57,160 nt of DNA from an uncultured archaeon (GTDB lineage: Archaea; Aenigmatarchaeota; Aenigmatarchaeia; CG10238-14; EX4484-224): assembly GCA_964524025.1 (NCBI GenBank), contig CAZGBT010000001.1:1-57160 (forward strand), written 5' to 3'. Both the position numbers and the translations under genes were made by a program. This document shows, piece by piece, positions 43,008-51,612 of the stretch. Every line of letters starts with the position of its first letter. Position 1 is the stretch's first letter. A model generated the notes under the pieces. The model did not search any database. It saw only the letters and a list, made by a program, of their open reading frames with translations, and was not told the origin of the DNA.

Positions 43008-43928
43008 ATGAAAACTGTAAAGGATTTTGAGTTGGAAAAAATAGAAACCTTCTCTCAACTTTTGCAACAAATGAAAGATTCGGCTGGCTTTAACGCAAAA
43101 TTTTTGGCAGAAGCTTTTGAAATTTTAAAGGAAATGCTAAGAGATGGTAAATGCTTGAAATTTCTTTCCTTTCCTGCTTGCATAATAGCTACTGGAACTA
43201 GAGGAATAATAAGAGATTTTGTTAAGAAAAAGTGGTTCGATGTGGTTATAACAACTTGCGGAACTTTAGACCATGATTTGGCGAGGAGTTTTAAACCCTA
43301 TTATCATGGAACTTTTTTTGCTGACGATTTTGAGTTAGCTGAAAAAGGAGTTCATAGACTTGGTAATATCTTCGTTCCAAAAGAAAGTTACGGTATTATA
43401 ATAGAGAAAAAAATGAAAGAATTTTTACCAGAAATTTGGAGGGAAAAGAAAGAATTGGCAACTTATGAGCTTTGCTGGGAATTAGGCAAAAGGATAAATA
43501 ATGAAAACTCAATTCTTTACTGGGCCTATAAGAATAAAATACCGATCATAGTGCCTGGAATTACAGACGGTGCAGTTGGCTATCAAATCTGGGAGTTTAG
43601 CCAGGACCACGATTTTAAGATTAACGTTTTGAAGGATGAACAACTCTTAAGCGATTTAATTTGGAATGCAGAAAGAAGTGGAGCTTTAATTTTGGGTGGT
43701 GGAATCTCAAAACATCATGTAATTTGGTGGAATCAATTTAAAAAAGGTTTGGATTATGCAGTTTATATAACGACAGCAACCGAATGGGACGGAAGCTTAA
43801 GCGGAGCAAGACCTAGGGAAGCTGTAAGTTGGGGGAAGATAAAGAAAAAAGCTAGATTCACTTTTGTTATATGCGATGTTACAATTGCATTACCAATTCT
43901 TTATAAAGGTTTGCTAGAAGTTATTTGA
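43008..43928 (+). CDS. dys: deoxyhypusine synthase
   Basis: Motifs FLSFPACIIATGTRGIIRDFVKKKWFDVVITTCGTLDHDL, ILGGGISKHHV and EAVSWGKI. Confidence 0.85.
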   Translation: MKTVKDFELEKIETFSQLLQQMKDSAGFNAKFLAEAFEILKEMLRDGKCLKFLSFPACIIATGTRGIIRDFVKKKWFDVVITTCGTLDHDLARSFKPYYHGTFFADDFELAEKGVHRLGNIFVPKESYGIIIEKKMKEFLPEIWREKKELATYELCWELGKRINNENSILYWAYKNKIPIIVPGITDGAVGYQIWEFSQDHDFKINVLKDEQLLSDLIWNAERSGALILGGGISKHHVIWWNQFKKGLDYAVYITTATEWDGSLSGARPREAVSWGKIKKKARFTFVICDVTIALPILYKGLLEVI

Positions 43929-43984
43929 AATGTGATGTCAATAAAGTAAGTTTGTTTTTCTTCGTAAAATTATAAAAAACTGAT

Positions 43985-44254
43985 TTAAATCTCCCCACAT
44001 TCTTTAAGCCAATTATCTATAGCTTTTTTAATATCGACTACAACAACTTCTCCGCTTGGTAGAGTTCTCTTAATAGTTAGCGGAATCAGTTTTTTCTTGA
44101 ATTCCTCTTTAGCTATTTCAACAGGACTTTTCTTATCTTTTTTTACCAAAACCGGGGCTCCTAACGCAATTTGTAAAGCTCTGGCAGAGATTATTCTAGC
44201 TACTTCGAAGCGGGTTAGTCTATCCTTTGGCCAAATCAGTTTCTCACCTCTCAA
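43985..44254 (-). CDS. rpoK: DNA-directed RNA polymerase subunit K (Rpo6)
   Basis: Core motif ([25 protein letters not shown]). It lies directly downstream of rpoN, as in other archaea. Confidence 0.85.
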   Translation of the reverse strand: MRGEKLIWPKDRLTRFEVARIISARALQIALGAPVLVKKDKKSPVEIAKEEFKKKLIPLTIKRTLPSGEVVVVDIKKAIDNWLKECGEI

Positions 44255-44256
44255 TT

Positions 44257-44451
44257 TTACATCTTGAATTTTGCTACCTCCTTAAGCAAGTCTACATGTC
44301 CTAAAAATAGTTGCCTGCAGCAAAACCTTTTTAAACCTAGGTCATCTAGAACTTTCTTTGGATCCTCCCCCTTTTCTACCCTTTTCTTAAATTCTTCCCA
44401 TAGATGTCCAACAACCTTTCCGCAGCTAAAACATCTAACAGGAATAATCAT
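44257..44451 (-). CDS. rpoN: DNA-directed RNA polymerase subunit N (Rpo10)
   Basis: [21 protein letters not shown]...[14 protein letters not shown] is a canonical Rpo10 zinc bundle. Confidence 0.9.
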   Translation of the reverse strand: MIIPVRCFSCGKVVGHLWEEFKKRVEKGEDPKKVLDDLGLKRFCCRQLFLGHVDLLKEVAKFKM

Positions 44452-44496
44452 AAAACAAAATTTATAAACAAAAGTTTATAACTCTTTTGTTAAATA

Positions 44497-45231
44497 ATGC
44501 TTAAATTGCCTTTCAATCCTATAGAAAGGGCAAAAAAAGTTGAAAAAGTTGTTTGTAGGAATAATTCAAGAAAATATTATCGCTTTAGGTTTTCTAGGTA
44601 TTATGGAGGCATAGTTACTGCAGACGCTGTAGGTTGTTGCTTTTTATGCGCTTATTGCTGGAATTATTTTAGGAATTTGAATCCAGAAAAATATGGAAAG
44701 TTCTATTCAAGCAAGGAAGTTGCTAACATTTTAGAAAAAATTGCGTTAAAGAAAAATTGCTTTAGAATAAGGATTAGCGGCGCAGAACCAATCCTTGGAG
44801 AAAAAAGTTTTAATCATTTTATTAAAATTTTAAAAATTTTGAAAGAAAGATTGAACCCAGAATTTATTTTGGAAACTAATGGTTTAGTTTTGGGTTATTA
44901 TCCAAAATTTTGTAAGAAACTGGCTGAGTTTAAAGATAATTTATTCGTAAGAATTTCTGTAAAGGGCTGGGATGAGAGAAGTTTCGAAAAAGTTACTGGA
45001 GCTAAAGGCGAATTTTTTAAATTCCCTCTAATAGCTTTAAAGAATTTAAGAGAGTTAGGTGTAAATGCATGGCCTGCTGTTATGTACGAAATTTTTAAAG
45101 GGAAAGGATTGGAGGAAATTCATAAAAGAATGAAAGAAATGGGCATAGAAATCGAAGAATTGGAGTTAGAGTATCTTGAGTTGTACCCTTTTGTAAAGAA
45201 GAATTTGAAGAAAAGAGGGTTGCTACTTTGA
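44497..45231 (+). CDS. radical SAM domain protein (function unknown)
   Basis: CX3CX2C cluster motif (GCCFLCAYCWNYF) and an SAM-binding glycine-rich segment (RISGAEPIL). Confidence 0.65.
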   Translation: MLKLPFNPIERAKKVEKVVCRNNSRKYYRFRFSRYYGGIVTADAVGCCFLCAYCWNYFRNLNPEKYGKFYSSKEVANILEKIALKKNCFRIRISGAEPILGEKSFNHFIKILKILKERLNPEFILETNGLVLGYYPKFCKKLAEFKDNLFVRISVKGWDERSFEKVTGAKGEFFKFPLIALKNLRELGVNAWPAVMYEIFKGKGLEEIHKRMKEMGIEIEELELEYLELYPFVKKNLKKRGLLL

Positions 45232-45238
45232 TTTTTAA

Positions 45239-45255
45239 TTATAACACTGTTATAA
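45239..45255. repeat. palindrome TTATAACACTGTTATAA (19 bp if flanking A/T are included), between convergent genes
   Basis: It is identical to the 17-mers at 42953 and 47598. It occupies most of the 24-bp gap between the stop of 44497..45231 (+) and the stop of 45256..45591 (-). Confidence 0.5.
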
Positions 45256-45591
45256 TCAAATTTCCTTTACTTCGCCTTTTTCGACTATAACTAAAGGCCT
45301 TGACTCAACCAAAGCTCTTGTTATTTTCTTTCTGGCATTTTCCAGTAATCTCCATAAAGTTCCTCTAGAGGTATTCATCCTTTTTGCAGCCTCTTCTTGC
45401 TTCAAGTTTTCAAGATCGACAAGCCTTAAGGCTTCTAATTCTGGATAGCTTAATTCAATGGGGTTTGGGTTTAAGCAAGGATTAGGTATAAATTCCTTTA
45501 CTTTTGGTAAATGATAGAGGATTAAAGGGGAAAAAGGCCTTCCTGGGCCAAACCTACGCATACACCATCTCCATCTCCTTCTCCACCTCAC
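45256..45591 (-). CDS. DUF134 (UPF0251) family DNA-binding protein
   Basis: Family core (ELEALRLVDLENLKQEEAAKRMNTSRGTLWRLLENARKKITRALVE). The N-terminus is R/W-rich (MRWRRRWRWCMRRFGPGRP). Confidence 0.75.
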   Translation of the reverse strand: MRWRRRWRWCMRRFGPGRPFSPLILYHLPKVKEFIPNPCLNPNPIELSYPELEALRLVDLENLKQEEAAKRMNTSRGTLWRLLENARKKITRALVESRPLVIVEKGEVKEI

Positions 45592-45673
45592 AATTTTTAT
45601 TTTAACTTGAAAAAATTAATTGCAATCGCACAAAATTATATTTTCCATTAGCGAAATCTTTAAATATTTGCAT

Positions 45674-45695
45674 ATGCACAAAAAATTTTGTGCAT
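45674..45695. promoter_or_regulatory. inverted repeat ATGCACAAAA-aa-TTTTGTGCAT (candidate operator), with an extra GCACAAAA half-site at 45628-45635
   Basis: Read from the sequence. It lies in the divergent intergenic region between the DUF134 gene (start 45591, minus) and the DUF5320-like gene (ATG 45716, plus). It overlaps the palindrome TGCATATGCA (45669-45678). Confidence 0.4.
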
Positions 45696-45715
45696 ACGCT
45701 AAAAAAGGTGAGAAT

Positions 45716-46120
45716 ATGCCATGGGGATGGGGTTGGGGAAGAGGTTGGAGATGGGGATTTTGGCTAACAGGAATGCCAGGATGGATGAGATGGACTTACT
45801 TTAGCTATAATTATCCAGTAACAGCCTATCCATGGTTCTGGAGATGCAGATGGTTTCCATGGCTGCCAAGATGGTGGTGGACAGGAATGTATGGGCCAGT
45901 AGTCTGGACACCGCAAGGGCCTTTCCTTCAATCTCAATTAACTTTTCAGCCTCAGCAATCTTTTCAACCCTTTTTCCAGCCTTCACCTCAAGATGAGTTG
46001 AGTTACTTAGAAAATGAGCTAAAAATGCTTGAGGAAGAGAGAAAAGCAATAGAAAAAGAAATAGAAAGCATAAAGAAGAGAATAGAAGAATTAAAGCAAA
46101 AGACTAGCTTTAATATCTAG
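45716..46120 (+). CDS. DUF5320-like protein with extremely Trp-rich N-terminal region and C-terminal coiled coil
   Basis: The ATG at 45716 is preceded by GGTGA. MPWGWGWGRGWRWGFWLTGMPGWMRW...PWFWRCRWFPWLPRWWWTGMYGPVVW has 16 Trp in about 66 residues. A Q/P/F-rich linker and the coiled coil ELSYLENELKMLEEERKAIEKEIESIKKRIEELKQK follow. The position after a DUF134 gene and before a NifX-like gene matches the usual DUF5320 context. Confidence 0.6.
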   Translation: MPWGWGWGRGWRWGFWLTGMPGWMRWTYFSYNYPVTAYPWFWRCRWFPWLPRWWWTGMYGPVVWTPQGPFLQSQLTFQPQQSFQPFFQPSPQDELSYLENELKMLEEERKAIEKEIESIKKRIEELKQKTSFNI

Positions 46121-46141
46121 GAAATCAAATTGAGTATCAAC

Positions 46142-46648
46142 ATGAAGTTAAAGATAGCTGTACCTGCAAACGGAGAAAATTTAGAAGCTACAATAAGCCC
46201 AGTTTTTGGTAGGTGTCCCTATTTTTTAATAATTGAAGTGGAAAACAAAGAGATCAAAAATTTTAAAGCTATAAAAAATCCAGCAGCCCAAGCCTTTGGA
46301 GGAGCAGGAATTCAAGCAGCTCAGGTTATAGCTAACGAAGGAGTGGATACAGTTATTTGCGGTAATATAGGACCCAATGCATTTAACGCTTTAAACCAGC
46401 TTGGCATTAAAGTTTATGCCGGGTTTTCAGGTGTGATAAAAGATATTGTAGATAAATTTCTAAAAGGTGAAATTCAACCAACTCAGCCAATATTTCCTGC
46501 TATAAAACCAGGAAGAGGATTTGGTTACGGTGGTCCTACAGAATGCGTTTGTCCAAATTGTGGTTTTAGAGTACCACATCAGCGCGGCATACCTTGCGCT
46601 CAGCATATTTGCCCAAGATGTGGATCAAGGATGGTAAGAGGAAATTAG
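46142..46648 (+). CDS. NifX/NifB-C-terminal-like (dinitrogenase FeMo-cofactor biosynthesis domain) protein with C-terminal zinc ribbon
   Basis: MKLKIAVPANGENLEATISPVFGRCPYFLIIEV...GAGIQAAQVIANEGVDTVICGNIGPNAFNALNQLGIKVY, plus CPNCG...CPRCG. Confidence 0.8.
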   Translation: MKLKIAVPANGENLEATISPVFGRCPYFLIIEVENKEIKNFKAIKNPAAQAFGGAGIQAAQVIANEGVDTVICGNIGPNAFNALNQLGIKVYAGFSGVIKDIVDKFLKGEIQPTQPIFPAIKPGRGFGYGGPTECVCPNCGFRVPHQRGIPCAQHICPRCGSRMVRGN

Positions 46649-47409
46649 CATTATTCATTTTTTTCTTATTTTTAATCATGCTTCTACCTTTAGCATTAAA
46701 AGAGAAAGAAGAATTGAATAAAGAATTAACGCTGATAATAGTATACGATAACAAGGTTTATAAGAAAGGTTTAAGAAATGGCTGGGGCTTTTCATGTTTT
46801 ATCAAAACCCGAAATTATAGTTTACTTTTTGATACAGGAGCAGACCCAAAAACTTTATTGCTTAATATGAAAGGTTTAAAGATAAATCCTTTAGATTTAG
46901 ATTCGATTTTTATTTCTCATGAGCATTTAGACCATACAGGTGGTTTTTCAGCTATTTTAAAACTAAATCCCAACTTAAAAGTTTTTATTCCTAAGTCGGC
47001 ATCTGTCGAAATTCCTGAAAAAAATGTGATAAGGATCGAAAAATTTACTCCAATTTACGAAAATATCTATAGCACAGGCGAATTAGGAGGTTTTGTTAAG
47101 GAGCAATCTCTAGTAGTTAATACTAGCAAAGGATTGGTTATAATAACTGGGTGTGCACATCCAGGAATTTTAAACATAGTTAAGAAAGTAAAAGAAAATT
47201 TGAAAGATAAAATTTATTTGGTAATTGGGGGCTTTCATCTTTTTGGAGAAGATGAAGAAACTATTAAGGAAATTGCTAATGAGATGTTTAATTTAACATA
47301 CCTAATTTGTCCATGTCATTGTAGCGGGGATCTTGCAGAGAAAGTTTTTAGAGGAATCTTTAAGAAAAGATTTCTAGAATGTGGAGTTGGAAGAGAAATA
47401 AACGTTTAG
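46594..47409 (+). CDS. MBL-fold metallo-hydrolase (COG1237-like), probable N-terminal signal anchor
   Basis: HxHxDH motif (ISHEHLDHTGG), GCAHPGI and a late CHCSG. The start is ambiguous (46594, 46618 or 46678), and the first two overlap the upstream gene. Confidence 0.7.
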   Translation: MRSAYLPKMWIKDGKRKLALFIFFLFLIMLLPLALKEKEELNKELTLIIVYDNKVYKKGLRNGWGFSCFIKTRNYSLLFDTGADPKTLLLNMKGLKINPLDLDSIFISHEHLDHTGGFSAILKLNPNLKVFIPKSASVEIPEKNVIRIEKFTPIYENIYSTGELGGFVKEQSLVVNTSKGLVIITGCAHPGILNIVKKVKENLKDKIYLVIGGFHLFGEDEETIKEIANEMFNLTYLICPCHCSGDLAEKVFRGIFKKRFLECGVGREINV

Positions 47410-47597
47410 CTAATTCTGCATAAAAGTCTACACTTTAAGCCTGAAATGAGGTAAAGTTTAAAATTCTAACTTATTACTTAAAAAATAACAAAGTAAAACA
47501 TTTTCGGTCTTACCATGAAAAGAAGATATAAGCTATTTCTCTAAGGTTTGATTAAAAATCCCTCGGATAGTTACCTCCCTTTATTTTTCTTCATTTT

Positions 47598-47614
47598 TTA
47601 TAACACTGTTATAA
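47598..47614. promoter_or_regulatory. palindrome TTATAACACTGTTATAA (TATAAC-N3-GTTATA family)
   Basis: Perfect 17-bp palindrome. Its 15-bp core ends 36 nt upstream of the ATG at 47650. It is preceded by a T-rich tract similar to the one before the 42953 copy. Confidence 0.5.
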
Positions 47615-47649
47615 AAGATTGCAAAAAAAGGAGCAAATAAACAAATATA

Positions 47650-48297
47650 ATGCAAATTATTGCTTGGAGAGGTGGAATAGAAAATGGAAATGAAAACACT
47701 ATAAAAGCTATAAAATTTTCTCTGAAATGGGCTGATATAATAGAAGTAGATGTTAGGATGACTTCTGACAAAAAGTTAGTTCTTTCACATTCACCGCGTT
47801 TTGAAAATCTTTTTATAAGGAAGCATAAATTAAGCGAGTTGAAGAAAAAAGGAGAGATAAACGAGTTATATGAGGCTTTAGATCTTGTTACGCCAAAAAA
47901 GGCTTTAATGATAGATTTGAAGGATAAGGGCTTAGAAAGATTTGTTTTAAACGAAATTAGAAACTATAAGCTAGAGAATATAATAATAAACTCGTTACAA
48001 AAAGATATCTTGTTTAAGGTAAGAAGGTTAAATAAAAGAATTAAGATAAGCGTTGGGTTTGGAAGAAAAGCTGGAAATCTTACTTACATAAGAAAAGTTG
48101 TGGATAAACTTTCGCCGTATTGTTTGGCTATTTTCAAATCAAACATGAAAGTCATTAGGTTTGTAAAATCTAATTTCAAAGTTAAAACATTTGTCTGGCT
48201 TATTAAAAAGTTTGATGAGTTAAAGAATTTGATGGATTGTGATGGTATAATAACTCCATTTCCGATGAAACTTTCTTTAAAACTAAGGAAAAAATAG
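47650..48297 (+). CDS. glycerophosphodiester phosphodiesterase (GDPD)-like protein, divergent
   Basis: It has ENTIKAIKFSLKWADIIEVDVRMTSDKKLVLSHS. The usual HRG is WRG and the usual HD is HS, so catalytic competence is uncertain. Confidence 0.5.
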   Translation: MQIIAWRGGIENGNENTIKAIKFSLKWADIIEVDVRMTSDKKLVLSHSPRFENLFIRKHKLSELKKKGEINELYEALDLVTPKKALMIDLKDKGLERFVLNEIRNYKLENIIINSLQKDILFKVRRLNKRIKISVGFGRKAGNLTYIRKVVDKLSPYCLAIFKSNMKVIRFVKSNFKVKTFVWLIKKFDELKNLMDCDGIITPFPMKLSLKLRKK

Positions 48298-48338
48298 TGA
48301 ACGAAGCTCTTATTTTTGTGTTGTTCTATAAAATTACT

Positions 48339-48851
48339 ATGAAAGTAGCTGTCGGATCTGGTAATCCAGTAAAGCTGAAAGCTGTTGAAGAAGTGTTTAG
48401 GAATTTTTTTGGAGACGTAAAAGTAATAGGAGTTAGAGTGGAAAGTGGAGTTTCTTCACAACCAGTTAACGAAGAAGTTATAAAAGGTGCGATTCAGAGA
48501 GCAAAACTTGCGATAAAAAAGTGTGAAGCGGACTTTGGTGTTGGCATAGAATCTGGAATTATTAGGTTTGGAGAAAAATTTTACAATTTAAACTTTATTG
48601 CAATAATTGACAGGAGCGGTAATCTATTTACGGGAATCTCTGGTGGTTTTGAATTACAGGATGAGATAGTGGAAGAATTGAATAAAGGCAAGGAATTAAG
48701 CGATATAGTAGAGGAAATTACCGGACTAAGTAACATTAGGCACAATAAGGGTCTAATAGGAATTTTAACTGACGGAAAGATAGACAGAAAAGAACTCATT
48801 AAGCAGGGTGTTTTTATGGCATTAGCTTCTATGCGTAAATTATGCAAATAA
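48339..48851 (+). CDS. inosine/xanthosine triphosphatase (YjjX-like NTPase)
   Basis: MKVAVGSGNPVKLKAVEEVF...GVSSQP and the later GIESG motif. I chose the ATG at 48339 over the GTG at 48297 in the track. Confidence 0.7.
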   Translation: MKVAVGSGNPVKLKAVEEVFRNFFGDVKVIGVRVESGVSSQPVNEEVIKGAIQRAKLAIKKCEADFGVGIESGIIRFGEKFYNLNFIAIIDRSGNLFTGISGGFELQDEIVEELNKGKELSDIVEEITGLSNIRHNKGLIGILTDGKIDRKELIKQGVFMALASMRKLCK

Positions 48852-49663
48852 TAGCCTCTACAGGTGGCAAAGGGGGAACAGGAAAAACGACTTTTGCAAT
48901 TTTATTAGCTTTTAAGTTGGTTAAAGAAGGAAAAAAAGTAGTTTTATGCGATTGCGATATAGAATGTCCAAATTGTTACATAATATTAAATCAAGAGTTA
49001 AAAAATGGAGACTCTCTTTTCAGGTTTTTTCCTGAATTAGATAGGGATAAGTGTAAAAAATGCGGCTTATGTTCTAAAGTTTGTAAGGAAAATGCAATTC
49101 TTTGGGTTAGAGGTAAATTTCCCATATTTTTTAAGGAAATTTGCTCTTGTTGTGGAGCTTGTTGGATTGTTTGCCCTAACAATGCTATAAAAAAGAAAGC
49201 TGAGGAAGCAGGAAAGGTTTTCTATAATAAAATAAACGAGAATTTTTGGCTTGTTACAGGAGTTTCCAACGAAAAAATTTCTGAAACCGGACCTTTAGTA
49301 AGACAAGTTAAAGAAAAAGCTATAAATCTTGCGAAAAGGATAGATGCAGATTTTTTGATAATAGATACAGCTCCTGGAACTCATTGTAACGTTATCCAAG
49401 CTTTGATGAACTGCGATAAAGTTTATGCTGTAACCGAGCCAACTCCTTTGGGAGCTCACGACCTTAAGCTTATTTTAGAACTAATTCAGAAATTAGGGTT
49501 AAAAGCAGAAATCGTCTTGAATAAAGCTGGTTTAGGAAAGGATGAATTAATAGAAAAAATTGCTAAACAGTTTGAAACTAAAATTTCTTTTAGAATTCCT
49601 TACTCAGAAGATTTAATGAAAGCTTACTCAAGAAAAGAGTTGCATAAGGTTGAGATATTATGA
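48842..49663 (+). CDS. MinD/ParA-like P-loop ATPase with inserted 2x[4Fe-4S] ferredoxin domain
   Basis: Walker A (STGGKGGTGKTT), CDCDIECPN, two ferredoxin motifs (CKKCGLCSKVCKENAI; CSCCGACWIVCPNNAI) and Walker B (LIIDTAPG). Confidence 0.8.
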   Translation: MQIIASTGGKGGTGKTTFAILLAFKLVKEGKKVVLCDCDIECPNCYIILNQELKNGDSLFRFFPELDRDKCKKCGLCSKVCKENAILWVRGKFPIFFKEICSCCGACWIVCPNNAIKKKAEEAGKVFYNKINENFWLVTGVSNEKISETGPLVRQVKEKAINLAKRIDADFLIIDTAPGTHCNVIQALMNCDKVYAVTEPTPLGAHDLKLILELIQKLGLKAEIVLNKAGLGKDELIEKIAKQFETKISFRIPYSEDLMKAYSRKELHKVEIL

Positions 49664-50511
49664 AAATAGTTATAGCAAGCGGTAAAGGAGGGACTGGAAA
49701 AAGTATGATAGCAAGCAGTTTAGCTATTCTTATTTCTAAAAAAAGGAAAGTTGTTGCATGCGATTGCGATGTAGATGCGCCAAATCTAGCTTTATGGCTT
49801 GGTATTACTAAATTTGATGAGATAAAAAAGATTTCAGTTTCTCAGAAAGCTTTTATAAACCAGGAAATTTGTAAACGATGCGGAAAATGCAAGGAATATT
49901 GCCAATTTTTTGCTATAGAGAAAGTTAATGAAGAGTTTAAGGTTAACCAATTTCTATGCGAGGGTTGCGGAGTTTGCAAAATAGTTTGTCCTTTTAATGC
50001 AATAGAGCTAAGAGAAGTTGAAAGTGGAGAAATAAGGATTAATTATTCTGCATACGACTTTCCAGTAATTTCTGGCTTTTTATATCCAGGCCAAACAGGT
50101 TCTGGTAAAATAGTAGAATTAGTTAAAAAAGAAATCGAGAGGTTTGAGTATGAAATCGCTATCTTAGATGCTCCAGCAGGTTTAGGATGTCCTGTAATAG
50201 CAGCCCTGAAAGATGCAGATTATGCTATTCTCGTTACGGAACCAAGCCCTACAGCATTCTTAGATTTAAAAAGAATTTTAAAACTAGTTAATCATTTTAA
50301 CTTGCAATATGGGGTTGTGATAAATAAGTTTGATCTAAACGAGAAAATTTCCGATGAAATAGAGAGTTTTGTAAGTAAAAATTTGCTAGGCAAGATACCT
50401 TATGACAAAAGAATTGTAGATTGTTTGATTAGCTTAAAACCAGCTATTTTTGTGAAAGAAGTAGAGAAGAAAATAAAAATTATGCTTTCAGAATTATTTA
50501 GCAGAATTTAA
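49660..50511 (+). CDS. MinD/ParA-like P-loop ATPase with inserted 2x[4Fe-4S] ferredoxin domain (paralog)
   Basis: ASGKGGTGKS, CDCDVDAPN, CKRCGKCKEYCQFFAI, CEGCGVCKIVCPFNAI and ILDAPAG. It overlaps the stop of the preceding paralog (ATGA). Confidence 0.8.
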   Translation: MKIVIASGKGGTGKSMIASSLAILISKKRKVVACDCDVDAPNLALWLGITKFDEIKKISVSQKAFINQEICKRCGKCKEYCQFFAIEKVNEEFKVNQFLCEGCGVCKIVCPFNAIELREVESGEIRINYSAYDFPVISGFLYPGQTGSGKIVELVKKEIERFEYEIAILDAPAGLGCPVIAALKDADYAILVTEPSPTAFLDLKRILKLVNHFNLQYGVVINKFDLNEKISDEIESFVSKNLLGKIPYDKRIVDCLISLKPAIFVKEVEKKIKIMLSELFSRI

Positions 50512-51461
50512 GAGAACAAATTTTCCTCCAACTCTTTTATCTTATGCTCAACAATTTCTTCCTTACAACCGCTTGCATAAATAGAAAGAAAACAGGAGGC
50601 ATCATTGTATTTAGCTACTTGTATAATAGAGCAACATTTGTCATTCAAAGCTCTTGAAAGCGCTCCCGATGCAACTGGAGCGCCTAGGGCAATTAGGTAA
50701 GCGCTAATGTATTGTTCACGCTCCCATTGATCGATAGACTTGGAAAATAATTCCTTACTTTTCTTAAATATTTTTTCTTCGTAACTTGGTACTTTTATTT
50801 CTAGATTTTTTCTTTCGCTAATTTCAGAAATTACAGCAGATGATAGATAAAACGAAGCCTCAGAAAAGGTATCTTGCTTATCTAACTCTAAACCATCTAA
50901 GTCATATTGCAGAACTTGTTCATAAAGTTCTATTCCAAAAATTTTAAGACCTTCCCAATCCACTAAACCATCTCTAATACTGTCCACCAACGCATGTAAT
51001 AGCTCGTTAATTATGGGGGTTAGGAAAGCTTTATTTAACCTTTCTGGGTCTATAGAAATCACACGATGCAAAAAAAGACGTTTTTCTATGTAAATAAGAG
51101 CTTCAGAAACTTCGTGTAAAATGTCATAGCCTTTCAGTTTGCTATAACACCAAGCTGGGATTGCTATTAAAGTTCTGTCTTCTCCGATAGGAAAGCAACA
51201 AAAGTTAAAAAAAGATAAGTCTTTACCATTATAAACGAATGTTAAGGAAGATGGTAGTATCCTTTCTGCTAAATCTTTTCCGATTAAATCGGATGTGAAT
51301 TTATAAATTATTTGGGAAGCTTTGACTTGAGCATTAAGTATTGTGCTAGCGTCTGTGGTGAAGATTATTTCACCTCTTCTATCACGAATGGCTGGAAATA
51401 TACGTTTTCTTATAAACCTCATTAATTTTTTAGGTAGCCCCGAATAAGCGATTCTCATCAT
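50508..51461 (-). CDS. hypothetical protein (317 aa)
   Basis: Long clean ORF with no recognised motif. It is the last gene of a same-strand group running from 53408 to 50508. Confidence 0.45.
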   Translation of the reverse strand: MMRIAYSGLPKKLMRFIRKRIFPAIRDRRGEIIFTTDASTILNAQVKASQIIYKFTSDLIGKDLAERILPSSLTFVYNGKDLSFFNFCCFPIGEDRTLIAIPAWCYSKLKGYDILHEVSEALIYIEKRLFLHRVISIDPERLNKAFLTPIINELLHALVDSIRDGLVDWEGLKIFGIELYEQVLQYDLDGLELDKQDTFSEASFYLSSAVISEISERKNLEIKVPSYEEKIFKKSKELFSKSIDQWEREQYISAYLIALGAPVASGALSRALNDKCCSIIQVAKYNDASCFLSIYASGCKEEIVEHKIKELEENLFS

Positions 51462-51612
51462 CTAACTCTTCGAACTTAAACTTTTATTACTACTAAGCTA
51501 GCTTTTCTTAAAGGAAATATAAAAGCTTTTATCAACTTTGTAGAATGTTAATTCATAACTATTATAACCATAGACTTGGATGCAGAGGTATAAAAAGTCG
51601 TTATATGACACT

